From NCBI GenBank assembly GCA_963712745.1, contig CAVQJC010000011.1, positions 224,001 through 288,000 of the forward strand: a stretch of DNA of 64,000 nt. Reading direction: 5' to 3'. Made by a program: the position numbers and the translations under genes. The notes below the pieces were generated by a model, which made no database searches, was not told where the DNA came from, and saw only the letters and a program-made list of their open reading frames with translations. Shown one piece after another: positions 39,424 through 49,115 of the stretch (positions within the stretch are counted from its first letter, which is position 1; every line of letters begins with the position of its first letter). This stretch comes from an uncultured Chloroflexia bacterium (GTDB lineage: Bacteria; Chloroflexota; Limnocylindria; Limnocylindrales; CSP1-4).

Positions 39424-41892
39424 ATGAGCACCAGCGCCCGCCGCCGGGCATTCGCGATCCTCTTGTTGGTGACGGTGATGACAGCCGGCCTGGCTCCGGC
39501 CGCAGCGCCGGGCCTGGGGCCGGCGACCGCGACCGCGGCCCAGAGCACGCCTTCTGCGACCGGTCAGTGCGTGGCCGGCTGGCAGGAGCAGCCCGTGCCC
39601 TCGAGCGCGCTCGAGTCGACTCCGTTCGAGATCGTCACTCACAAGGGCAAGCCGGCCTGGGTCGTGGGCGGCTCCAACAGCGGACCGCTGGTGCTGCGCT
39701 GGAGGTCCACCTACTGGAAGCACATGGCCAGGAGCGCAACCGGTCATCGTGGCTTCGTGGGCGCCGTCGCGTCCGGCGACCAGCAGATGCTGGCGGTCGG
39801 CTACGAGCGCGAGCCATCGCTCGAGTTCGAGCCCTACGTCGGGCGCATGAGCAGCGGCGCCTTCAGCACCCGCAAGCCCCCGCGCCCGACCAACGACCGA
39901 GCCGGCCTGGCTGACATCGCGGTGGTCTCCGGCGGCAAGCAGTGGGTCGTGGGCACTCGCCTCTACCGCGGCAGGCTGATGGCCTTCGCCTCCCGCTGGA
40001 GCGGCTCCAAGTGGACCCATCACCCCCCGGCCAGCGGCAGTGGTGCGGGCCTGCTGGCGGTCGAGCAGTCCCCCAGCGGCACCCTCTGGACGGTCGGCTG
40101 GAAGGAGGTCAGCGCGGGGCGGCCCAAACCGCTCATCGGGCGCTGGAACAAGGGTCGATGGGAGACCACTCGCGGGCCCAACCTCGGCGGCGGCACCGGC
40201 ATCCTGACCGATCTGTCCTTCGCCTCGGGCAACGATGGCTACGCGGTCGGCTACCAGGTCAAGAACGCCAGCGACCACCACCACGCCATCCTGTTCCACT
40301 GGAACGGCAAGGCCTGGACCCGCATCGACCTGCCCTGGGCGGCGGACTTCTCGGCCCTGCCACGGGCCATCTCGGTGGCCGGCGACGGCCAGATCTGGAT
40401 CGGTGGCGCCCAGCTCGCCACCGAGTCACGCGAGACCCGCGGTTTCGTGGCGCACTACGCTGGAGGGGCCTGGGAGGTCGACGTCCTGGGCGTGCCCAAG
40501 GACGTCCGCTCGGAGGTCACCGACGTAGCCGCCATCGACAAGGGCGCCATCGCCGTGGCAGCCATCGCCGGCACCACGGCCGTGCTGCGATCGTGTGAGC
40601 CGCCGACCGTGTCGCTGGCCCGAAAGCGCAAGGTATCCATCAGCGCCATCGAGGCCCGAGTGGCCGCGGACGAGGTCCATGTCGAGGACGAGCTGCCCCT
40701 CTCGCGGGGCGATGTCGCGCCGGCAGGCACGCTGGCCACGCTTGCCTCGCCTGTGCCCGCAGCCGCGCAGGGGTTCAAGGTCAGGGACCGCACCAGGAAG
40801 GCCGGGCTGGCGATCTACGCCGGCACCTACGATGGCTTCGCCAGCGATATGGACGGCAACGGCCGCAAGGACGTCTTCATCAGCCGCCACGGAGGCCAGC
40901 TGCCGCTGCTGATGATGAATTGCAAGTCCGGCTTCGTGCGTGCGGCGGGTGCCCGGCTCTTCAGTGTGGTCGATCGCCACGGTTGTGACGTGGCCGACGT
41001 CGACCGCAGCGGTGCGCGCGACATCCTCTGTGCGGTGGGCCGCGGTCGTGGCAAGCAGATCACCCGCCACGAGCTGACCATCGATGCCGGCAAGGCCGGC
41101 GGCCACCTCGATCGCTCCACGGCCGGCCTGTCCGACCCGCTTGGGCGAGGACGCGTGGTCGAGTTCATCCACCTCGACAAGGACGGCTGGCCGGACGTGT
41201 TCGTGGGCACCGCACCCGATCGAGATGACGCCCTGCCCAGCCTCAACCGCTTCTACCGCAACAACGGCGGCACCCTCGCACCGGCTCATGACGTCGGCCT
41301 GGACAAGTCGCATGGGGCCATCTGCTCCTGGAGTGGCGACATCGACCGCGATCGCGACGAGGACCTGGCCTACTGCACGTTCTGGCCCATCGGCTCGCGG
41401 CGGGCCGGCGTTCGACTCATGCGCAACGAGGGGGGCAAGCTCGTCGACCGCACGGTGTCCCGCGGTGTCAAGCCCATGGGCGACATCGACATCGACTTCG
41501 CCGACGTGACCGGTGACGGGCGCAAGGACCTGATCCAGCTGACCCCGAGCCGACTGCGGGTGAGCAAGTACACCCGATCCGGCTACGTCCGGGTCTGGGA
41601 AGCGGCCATGAGCGACGGGGTCGCCATCGCCACCGGCGACGCCGACAACGACGGCCGTTCGGACATCTACGTGGCGCGAGGCAACAAGAAGTCAAACAAG
41701 CCCGACCGGCTGCTGGTCAGCCGCAAGCAGGGCCGCACGTTCGTCTCGGTGGCCATCCCCACCACGTCCAAGGGTGCGCCCGACGATGTCTTCGCTCTCG
41801 ACTACGACAAGAACGGCTACGCCGACTTCGTCGTCCTCAATGGCGGTGGCAAGAAGGGGCCTGTGAAGCTGCTCGCTTCATACCCTCGGTAG
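39424..41892 (+). CDS. Secreted beta-propeller / FG-GAP (VCBS) repeat protein
   Basis: Signal peptide; N-terminal W.VG...W.G..W repeats; C-terminal D.D.DG..D repeats (DMDGNGRKDV, DVTGDGRKDL, DADNDGRSDI, DYDKNGYADF). Confidence 0.85.
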   Translation: MSTSARRRAFAILLLVTVMTAGLAPAAAPGLGPATATAAQSTPSATGQCVAGWQEQPVPSSALESTPFEIVTHKGKPAWVVGGSNSGPLVLRWRSTYWKHMARSATGHRGFVGAVASGDQQMLAVGYEREPSLEFEPYVGRMSSGAFSTRKPPRPTNDRAGLADIAVVSGGKQWVVGTRLYRGRLMAFASRWSGSKWTHHPPASGSGAGLLAVEQSPSGTLWTVGWKEVSAGRPKPLIGRWNKGRWETTRGPNLGGGTGILTDLSFASGNDGYAVGYQVKNASDHHHAILFHWNGKAWTRIDLPWAADFSALPRAISVAGDGQIWIGGAQLATESRETRGFVAHYAGGAWEVDVLGVPKDVRSEVTDVAAIDKGAIAVAAIAGTTAVLRSCEPPTVSLARKRKVSISAIEARVAADEVHVEDELPLSRGDVAPAGTLATLASPVPAAAQGFKVRDRTRKAGLAIYAGTYDGFASDMDGNGRKDVFISRHGGQLPLLMMNCKSGFVRAAGARLFSVVDRHGCDVADVDRSGARDILCAVGRGRGKQITRHELTIDAGKAGGHLDRSTAGLSDPLGRGRVVEFIHLDKDGWPDVFVGTAPDRDDALPSLNRFYRNNGGTLAPAHDVGLDKSHGAICSWSGDIDRDRDEDLAYCTFWPIGSRRAGVRLMRNEGGKLVDRTVSRGVKPMGDIDIDFADVTGDGRKDLIQLTPSRLRVSKYTRSGYVRVWEAAMSDGVAIATGDADNDGRSDIYVARGNKKSNKPDRLLVSRKQGRTFVSVAIPTTSKGAPDDVFALDYDKNGYADFVVLNGGGKKGPVKLLASYPR

Positions 41893-42361
41893 CGGCCCGG
41901 ATCATCGACCGATGGACCCGATGGAGCACGCGCGCCCGGCCAACCAGGAGCACGGGGCAACCGGCGTGGTGGACAGCCCACCGTCCGGCCTTGCCGATGG
42001 CGACGGAACGGCGCGCCTGACCACAGACCAGATGCTCGAGTAGCTCCGGATGATGGCGCCCCAGATGGTCGGGGATGCCCCGCCGGCCTTGCGCCATGCC
42101 AGCGCCAGCGCGGCCGACCTGGCCGCCAGCGCTGCTCGTGGCGCCGGTCCGCTGGCGCGTACTCGCGACGAGGTCACCGAGGGAGCCAGACTGCGCCTGG
42201 CCGACTCGAACGAGGCCAGGTGTGGAGTGTCTCCGGCACTGGCTGGGAGAAGCTACGATCGGCCGGGCAGCGCGACTCCCCGCTGAGTCGTGATCGCTGC
42301 CAGGGGCTGACGACGAGGCCCCGCCAACCAGTGCTTGCAGGACGACAAGGTCTTCCATTCC

Positions 42362-43789
42362 GTGCGAATCGGCATCCTGACCGACTTCCCCACGCGCTCG
42401 ACGCTGTCCGGGCCGGCCATTCAGGCCGAGGTCCTGAAAGAGGGATTGGTGGCGCGAGGACACGAGGTCGTCCTGCTCGGTCCCGATACGCGATCGGCTC
42501 GTCCGCTCGAACCTGGTCAGGAGACCTTCCTCTTTCGGGGCATCTCCCATCCCGCGCACCCTGGAGTCAAGGTCTCGCTGCCGGCAAGCCCTCGCAGGAT
42601 GCGCCATCCACCCAGGCTGGACGTCGTGCTCGCCCAGACCACGAATCCCATGGCCTGCTACGCGAACTGGATCCGCCGGATGTGGCGCGTACCCGTGTTG
42701 CACACGCATACCATCCACTTGCCGACACATGCTCACCACCTGCTGCCGGGCGTGCTGGCGCGAATGGCCGTCCCTCGCCGTCTCAGCGGGCGACTTGGCC
42801 GTGTGGGAGAGCGGTCGTTCGTCAGGCTGTACAACGCCGGCGACACACTCGTCGTGCAGAGTCCCCATCTCATCGACTACTGGCGTACCCGAGGGGTCAC
42901 GGTACCCATCGAAGTGCTCGAACGGCCTATCTATGGGCCGGCCTTCGACCGGCCAGCGGGCCGCGATCCCTTCCCCGCCACAGCGAGTCAGGGGGCGCGC
43001 CTTCTGGTGGTCTGCCGACACGACCGGGAGAAGTCCCTGGACCAGTTGATCAGGATCTTCGATGAGCGCGTCGCCGCGCAGGCGCCCCAGGCGACGCTCA
43101 CCTTGTTGGGCACCGGCGCCGCACACGACGAACTGAAGGCTCAGGCAGCAAGGTCGCGGTCCGCCCACCGCATCTTCCTGCCCGGCGAGGTCGAGTTCGA
43201 TGAGCTGGTCGACTGGTATCGGAACGCCGATCTCTTCGGCTACACCTCGGTCTCGGAGACATTCGGGAACGTGGTCAACGAAGCCATGTACTGCGGGCTT
43301 CCGGTGGTGGCCTTCGATGACGGGATGGGGGTCGCCCACCTTGTCAAGGACGGGTGGAGCGGCCGGCTGGTCGACCCCGCATCCAGATCGGCGGAAGCCG
43401 ATTGGGGACAAGCCTGCCTCGCGCTGCTGGCTGATTCGCAGCTTCGCCGGACATACGGCGCGCGCGGCGCGGCTGCGGCCGCGGAGCGCTCGCGACTGGA
43501 GCACGTGCTCGAGCGCCTGGAGGTGTTGATGGAGCGTGCCCGTCAGCATTGCCGCGCTACCGTCGTGCCGCCTCTTTCCGCCCTGCCGCCGGCCCGACAG
43601 GAGCGGTCGCTCCGTTCCTGTCTCCGATGGTGGCGGTTCTGGAACTCCCTGTTCATCGGTGTCAGCTACGCCGCCAACCTGGACCGCCTGCCCGCAGTCT
43701 TGTCCAGGCCCTGGCTCATGGAAGCCGGGAGGAGGGCGACCAAGGGTGATCACGCGCCGCCGGCGCGGCGCCGTTCCGGTCATCGCTGA
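42362..43789 (+). CDS. GT4 glycosyltransferase (glycolipid-synthase-like)
   Basis: MRIGILTD, GHEVVL, REKSLD, ETFGNVVNEAM.CGLPVV. Confidence 0.88.
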   Translation: MRIGILTDFPTRSTLSGPAIQAEVLKEGLVARGHEVVLLGPDTRSARPLEPGQETFLFRGISHPAHPGVKVSLPASPRRMRHPPRLDVVLAQTTNPMACYANWIRRMWRVPVLHTHTIHLPTHAHHLLPGVLARMAVPRRLSGRLGRVGERSFVRLYNAGDTLVVQSPHLIDYWRTRGVTVPIEVLERPIYGPAFDRPAGRDPFPATASQGARLLVVCRHDREKSLDQLIRIFDERVAAQAPQATLTLLGTGAAHDELKAQAARSRSAHRIFLPGEVEFDELVDWYRNADLFGYTSVSETFGNVVNEAMYCGLPVVAFDDGMGVAHLVKDGWSGRLVDPASRSAEADWGQACLALLADSQLRRTYGARGAAAAAERSRLEHVLERLEVLMERARQHCRATVVPPLSALPPARQERSLRSCLRWWRFWNSLFIGVSYAANLDRLPAVLSRPWLMEAGRRATKGDHAPPARRRSGHR

Positions 43790-43872
43790 CGTCTGCCCTC
43801 TGTCAGCGGTGCCCGGCCGTCCGCGCCGCGAATCACGCTGAGGGACGGCGACCGGGCGGAGAGTCCGGGGAT

Positions 43873-45030
43873 CTACGCCGGCTGCGCCGGTCGCTCGCGC
43901 GGTGCGCCCTGCTTGCCGTCCAGCTGGTACTCGTAGATCCGGTACGTCTGGTAGATCCGCGCGCCCAGCTTCTCCAGGGCGCCGCGCATGCGGACATTGT
44001 CCTCGAGCACCAGCGACGCGTCCGCGCCCCGCCCGCCACGCGCGAGAGCTGCCTCCCACGTCTTGACGTACAGCGGAACGCCGAGCGGCAGCTTCCGGTA
44101 CTGCTGCTTGACGCCGAGCGCGAAGATCCGCAGCGCGTCGATGTTCCGGCGCCCGAATACCCAGTGGTACCACCCGAACGGCAGCAGCTTGCCGTCCATC
44201 TTCTTCAGGACCTGGTTGAAGTCGGGGAACGTGATGGCCGCGGCGGCGGGCTCACCGTCGACGAACGCCCACCACGATAGCCGCGGGTCGACCATCTGCT
44301 TCATGCCCCGCGCCAGCATCATGAACTCGTCACGCGGCACGCGCGCATGGCCCCAGTTGTGCTCCCACGCGTCGTTGTAGACGTCCCGGAACCACAGGAT
44401 CTCCTCGTCCCAGTCGGCCATGTCCAGGTGTCGGATCTCGACCTCCGGGTGCCGGTCGAGGAAGCGCTGGGAGGCGCGCGCGAGCCGCTCTGGGATGGGG
44501 GCGCGGTCGAGCCAGTACGCGTACCAGTCACGCACGCCGACCATGCCGAGCGTCTCGTAGTGGCCGGCGTAGTAGTCGCGGTTGTGGGGGTTGAGCAGCG
44601 CAGGGTCGGTGTCCCAGCCATCGACCCTGAGCCCGAACTCGTGATTCGGGGAGAAGTTGTATGGCCCCCGCGCAGCTGCGACACCCTGCCCGCGCAGCCA
44701 CTCGGCTGCGGTCTCGAATAGCGCCCGGCTGACTTCGATCTCGTCAGGGAACTCGAAGAACCCGAAGAAGCCGACGTCCTCGTCGACTCCCTGCCCGGGG
44801 TCCATGACCGTCGCCGCGATGGTGCCGACTGGGGCACCGTCGCGGGAGGCGATGAAGCACTCCACGCGGGCGCGCCGAAAGAACGGGTTCTTGTCGGGGT
44901 GCAGGAACTCCTTTCGCTCGGCCAGCAGTGGAGGCACCCAGTGGGTGTCGTCTGCGTAGATGGGCCACCATGTCTTGCAGAACCGGACTGCATCTCGCGG
45001 TAGTTCGATGGCTCGGACCTCGACGGACAT
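43873..45030 (-). CDS. Tandem-GNAT acyltransferase, YghO / bacterial ceramide synthase-like
   Basis: WVPPL...NPFF, GFFGFFE, GPYNFSPNHEFG, YNDAWEHNWG, PDFNQ...GKLLPFG, VLEDN..M, YRIY. Confidence 0.8.
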   Translation of the reverse strand: MSVEVRAIELPRDAVRFCKTWWPIYADDTHWVPPLLAERKEFLHPDKNPFFRRARVECFIASRDGAPVGTIAATVMDPGQGVDEDVGFFGFFEFPDEIEVSRALFETAAEWLRGQGVAAARGPYNFSPNHEFGLRVDGWDTDPALLNPHNRDYYAGHYETLGMVGVRDWYAYWLDRAPIPERLARASQRFLDRHPEVEIRHLDMADWDEEILWFRDVYNDAWEHNWGHARVPRDEFMMLARGMKQMVDPRLSWWAFVDGEPAAAAITFPDFNQVLKKMDGKLLPFGWYHWVFGRRNIDALRIFALGVKQQYRKLPLGVPLYVKTWEAALARGGRGADASLVLEDNVRMRGALEKLGARIYQTYRIYEYQLDGKQGAPRERPAQPA

Positions 45031-45197
45031 CGGGGTGTCTCCTACGGCCGTGACTCGGCCGTCCGCAGGTGGACGGCGATCTGCCACATCCCGACCTCCG
45101 GGCGTGATCGAGGTGTCCGGCGCGCCCCCCGGATCATCTCGTCAACGTCCCGCGAGCGGTGCATGGGTACGACATCAGTCCGACACCCTATCAGTCG

Positions 45198-45236
45198 CGG
45201 TCAAGACGACCGGCCAGTCCTCGGTCAAGACGACCG
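45198..45236. promoter_or_regulatory. Duplicated 15-bp palindrome, possible operator
   Basis: CGGTC-AAGAC-GACCG at 45198 and 45222, between divergent genes. Confidence 0.4.
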
Positions 45237-45302
45237 CCCCTGCCGCTGCTTCGACCGTCTCGCACGTGCTAGGCTCGTCGCCCCCCGACCGAAGGAGATG
45301 AG

Positions 45303-45677
45303 ATGAGGATCGCAGTCACGCTTCCCGCAGCCGACCTGGACCGCGCCAAGGCCTGGTACTCCAAGATCCTGGGCCTGGAGCCGGTCGAGATCGAGCCGAT
45401 GGGCGAGCTCTGGTACGAGCTCGGCGGATACCGCTTCATGGTCTACTCCTCGCAGTTCGCCGGCACCAACCAGGCGACCGCAGCCGGGCTCCTGGTCGAC
45501 GACGCGGAGGCCACCATCGCAGAGCTGAGGGCTCGAGGCGCCACGTTCGAGGACTATGACTTCGGCGAAGACTTCCGCACCGTCGACGGCGTCATGACCT
45601 TGCCTGATGGCCGCAAGTCGGCCTGGATGAAGGATTCGGAGGGGAACATCCTCGGTATCTCGCAGGCGGGCGAGTAG
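45303..45677 (+). CDS. VOC/glyoxalase family protein
   Basis: LPAADLDRAKAWY..ILGL, AWMKDSEGNILGI. Confidence 0.9.
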   Translation: MRIAVTLPAADLDRAKAWYSKILGLEPVEIEPMGELWYELGGYRFMVYSSQFAGTNQATAAGLLVDDAEATIAELRARGATFEDYDFGEDFRTVDGVMTLPDGRKSAWMKDSEGNILGISQAGE

Positions 45678-45719
45678 GCACGGGCAGCCGGCACGGTCCC
45701 TGGCCGGCTTGGCTGCCAC

Positions 45720-47268
45720 TCACGCTCCGCTCGGGGAGGACGTCTCGTCGAGCACCCGAGCCATGACCTGCGCGAAGCGGGCCGGCTCCTCGAACGACGG
45801 CCGGTGCCCGGAGTGCTCGAAGACGATGCGCTCCTTGGCCGGTGCCTCCAGCTGCTCGAACCACCCGTCGGCGAGGACCGCCCGGCCTCGTGCCTCGTGG
45901 GCGCCCTGGACCATGTAGATCGGCACCTCGAGCTCGGTGATGTCGCGCCGGAAGTCGATGTCCTGCAGCTGCGGGTAGAGGACCGCGAACGTGTCGAGGA
46001 AGGCGCGTAGTCCGTTGACCTGGTCCATGAACGTGTTCTCCGGCACGAAGAGCGTGAACGGCAGCTCCGTGTCCCCGTCCCACTCCGGATAGGGGTTCCA
46101 GTCGTGCTCGTGCGATAGCGCGCGCTCGTAGTCGAGGATGTCCTCGTATGGGGGAGGCCCGCTCTCGCGCAGCGCTTCGGCCAGCCCCTCGTCGCCGACC
46201 GACTCGGCCCAGGCCACCGTGTCCTCCCAGAACATCACGTCCGTCTCGCGCTGGCTGACCATCTGGCCGCTGCCGATGACCGCGTGGTAGAGGTCTGGTC
46301 GTTCATCCGCGGCGAGCACCGCCAGCGTGCTGCCCCAGGAGTTGCCATGGACGTAGATGGCCGCTTCGTCGAAGCGCTCCCGCAGATACTCGGAGAGCTC
46401 GATGGTGTCGGCCACCATCTGCTCGAGGGTCAGCGACTCGGTGGGATCGAGCGCCGCGTACGACTTGCCCGTACCCCGCTGCTCCCAGGTGACGACCACG
46501 AAGTCGTCCTCCAGGGACGTGTCGGCGCGCATGGCCCCGAGATCGGTCCCGCCGGGGCCGCCGGCGAGGTGCAGCAGCACCGGTGCCTCGGTGCTGCGAC
46601 CGCGGATCATGAGAGCCTGCTCGTGCCCACCTATCGTTACGCTCGTCAGCTCCGCGATCGAGCCCGCGCACGGGCGTGCCATCGGGGCCCAGGACGGGCG
46701 CCGTCGTGGCCGGCCGGGACACCAGAAGAGCGAGTCCGGCGAGCCCAAGGGTGGCCACGATCGTCAGGGCCCAGCCGAGGAGGCCCAGGCGGTGCGACGC
46801 GGGGCGCCCCAGTCGCGCCGCCAGCTCGACGCCGTAGACAGCACCCAGAACCATCGGTGCCAGTCCCAGCAGGTAGGTCACGCCGCGCCCGAGGACGGCC
46901 GCGATGATGCCGTAGGTCGAGCCCAGGTTGACCGTATCGACGGTCGGACCGGTCGTGGCCATCCGCCCCAGCTCGAACGCGGCGACGAAGGTGACCGGCG
47001 CCAGCAGCAGGGACCAGCGCGACCCCAGTACGAGACCCGCCAGGGCACCCACGATGAGCGCGCCGGCCATCCACCAGAGCGCGTCGGCCGTGGTGGCCGG
47101 ACCCCTTGGCGTCAACCAGGCCGCGACGATCCCGCCCGTGGCGGCCACCGCCGTGGCGACGGCCAGCGCCAGCCATCTGCCGGACCAGATTCTCCCGAGC
47201 AGCCTCAGGTCTCGGTTGCCGGCCCGGCCGATCCCCATCACGCCCTGGCTTGCCTGTACCCCCATCAC
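45720..47268 (-). CDS. Membrane-anchored alpha/beta hydrolase, proline-iminopeptidase-like (frameshift near 46670)
   Basis: N-terminal TM region in one frame; LAGGPGG, WEQRGTGKS, GNSWG nucleophile, SGHRP in the other. Confidence 0.85.
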
Positions 47269-47342
47269 AACGCTTCATCCTCGTGGTTCGTGGTTCGTGG
47301 TTCGTGGGGCGCTGCGGAGCCCGCTGCCCCTGTAGTAATGTA

Positions 47343-47356
47343 AGCAAGTACTTGCT
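47343..47356. promoter_or_regulatory. Putative TetR operator
   Basis: Perfect 14-bp palindrome AGCAAGTACTTGCT immediately upstream of the tetR gene. Confidence 0.7.
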
Positions 47357-47373
47357 GTCTTGGAGGCTATCAC

Positions 47374-47979
47374 ATGGGGCGAGCCGACACCGAGACCAGG
47401 ATCCTCGCGGCTGCGTCCGAGCTGATCGCGGAACGGGGCTACTCCGCCACCACCACCAGCTCGATCGCCGAACGCGCGGGGGTCAACGAGGTGACGCTCT
47501 TCCGGCGCTTCGGCAACAAGGCGGGCATCCTGCGGGCTATGGCCGTCGCGGCGGCCGCTGCCCGCAGTGAGTTCCCACCCCTCGACGCGCTCGTTCCGGG
47601 CGATCTGAGGGCGACGCTAGTGAACCTGGCCGAGACTGAGATCAGGGACGCCATCGCCAGCGGTGGCCTGGTGCTCCGCCTGACGCTGGAGGCGCGCTCC
47701 GTCCCGGAGGTGCGTGAGGTCATGGGCCAGATCTCGGCCTCGAGTCTCGAGCGGCTGGCGCGCTTCCTGCGCGGGTACCAGGAGGACGGCTCGCTTCGAT
47801 CGGACTTCGACGCGGAGCTGCTCGCAGAGGCGTTCTTCAGCCTGACCTCGACGCTGGTGATGCAACGGATGACGCTCATCGAGCCGCGACTGCCGGCGGC
47901 CAGAGAGATCAGCACGATGGCAGGTCAGCTCGTGGACTTGATGTGGTCGGGCGTAGGCCCGGGAAGGGGGAATCGATGA
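47374..47979 (+). CDS. TetR/AcrR-family regulator
   Basis: RILAAASEL..ERGYSATT...IAERAGVNEVTLFRRFGNK. Confidence 0.93.
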   Translation: MGRADTETRILAAASELIAERGYSATTTSSIAERAGVNEVTLFRRFGNKAGILRAMAVAAAAARSEFPPLDALVPGDLRATLVNLAETEIRDAIASGGLVLRLTLEARSVPEVREVMGQISASSLERLARFLRGYQEDGSLRSDFDAELLAEAFFSLTSTLVMQRMTLIEPRLPAAREISTMAGQLVDLMWSGVGPGRGNR

Positions 47980-48899
47980 ATCGCACCAGGGCCAGACTGG
48001 TCGCCGTGTTCGGCGCCATCGCTGCCGTGCTCGCGGGGGCGGCCAGCGCTGCGGGCGTGTTCCTGCGCGGCGATCTGGCCACCGCCGAGTTCGTGACCGT
48101 TCGCGGTGAGGTCGTGCGGGTCGTGACCGAGGGCATCTACCGCTTCAATGCCGAGGGCATCGTGGCCGAGGGCGTGGGCTGGGACATCGTGACCCTGTTC
48201 GCGGTCGTGCCCGCCGCCATCGTGGCGCTGGCGATGACGGGGCGTGGTTCCCTCCGGGCCAGCCTCGTCGCTGCCGGGTTGCTGGCCTACTTCTGCTACC
48301 AGTCGGCTGAATACGCCGTCTTCTGGGCCTACGGACCACTGTATCCGATCTACGTGACCACGCTCGCGCTGAGCGTGTCGGCGCTGGGCCTGCTCGTCCA
48401 CGGCCTGGACCTCGAGGCATTACGCGAGCACATCCGACCCTCATTCCCGCACCGCGCCATCGCCGGCTACGGCATCGCTGTGGTCGTGATCCTGGCGGGG
48501 CTCTGGCTGCCCGTCATCGCGGGCACGCTCGGCGGGGAGGTCGGTGACGAGCTACAGGGCGCCTCCACGCTGGTGGTGCCGGCGTTCGACCTGGGGCTAC
48601 TCGTGCCGCTGGCCGTCTTCACCGGGCTCGCCGTCCACCGGCGTCTCGCCGTCGGATACCTGCTCGGGATGGTCCTCCTCGTCAAGGGTGCCTCGATGGC
48701 GCTGGCCATCGCGGCCATGCTGGTCGTGGAGTGGCGCGTCACCGGTGAGATGTTGCCGCCGCCACTGGTCGTGTTCGCGGCGGTCGCGGTCGCGAGCGTG
48801 GCCATCGCCGCGCGGGCGCTGCGGTCGATCGCTGAGCTGGGGCCGGTGGCCACGCCCACGGGCGACCTGCCGGCGGCGACTGCCGCTGCGCATGGGTAG
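47976..48899 (+). CDS. Polytopic membrane protein of unknown function
   Basis: ATGA overlap with tetR; about 8 TM helices; GWDIVTL and DLG motifs. Confidence 0.8.
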   Translation: MNRTRARLVAVFGAIAAVLAGAASAAGVFLRGDLATAEFVTVRGEVVRVVTEGIYRFNAEGIVAEGVGWDIVTLFAVVPAAIVALAMTGRGSLRASLVAAGLLAYFCYQSAEYAVFWAYGPLYPIYVTTLALSVSALGLLVHGLDLEALREHIRPSFPHRAIAGYGIAVVVILAGLWLPVIAGTLGGEVGDELQGASTLVVPAFDLGLLVPLAVFTGLAVHRRLAVGYLLGMVLLVKGASMALAIAAMLVVEWRVTGEMLPPPLVVFAAVAVASVAIAARALRSIAELGPVATPTGDLPAATAAAHG

Positions 48900-49115
48900 C
48901 GGGCTGGCAGTCCCTGGGTGGCGGGAAGCGGCGGCGGCCCTCGGAGATCATGGATGGTGACCGCAGCGTCCCCCATACTCGAGTCGAACATCGTCCGACT
49001 CATTGAGGCCGTGCGCATCACTTCGACATCGGCCGCGCCTTGGCCACGTTCCGCACGAGCCCGCCGCCGCACCAACGACCACCGGATCGACTCACGCGCA
49101 GGCGCGTGACCCTCG

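Noticed and set aside
41837-44173. 778-aa minus-strand ORF and similar long antisense ORFs (e.g. 27844-29433, 36793-38433)
   Set aside because: Shadow frames of well-supported genes, expected at this GC content.
47281-47306. TCGTGGT heptamer repeats as a regulatory array
   Set aside because: A short simple repeat with no supporting evidence; the nearby palindrome is the better operator candidate.
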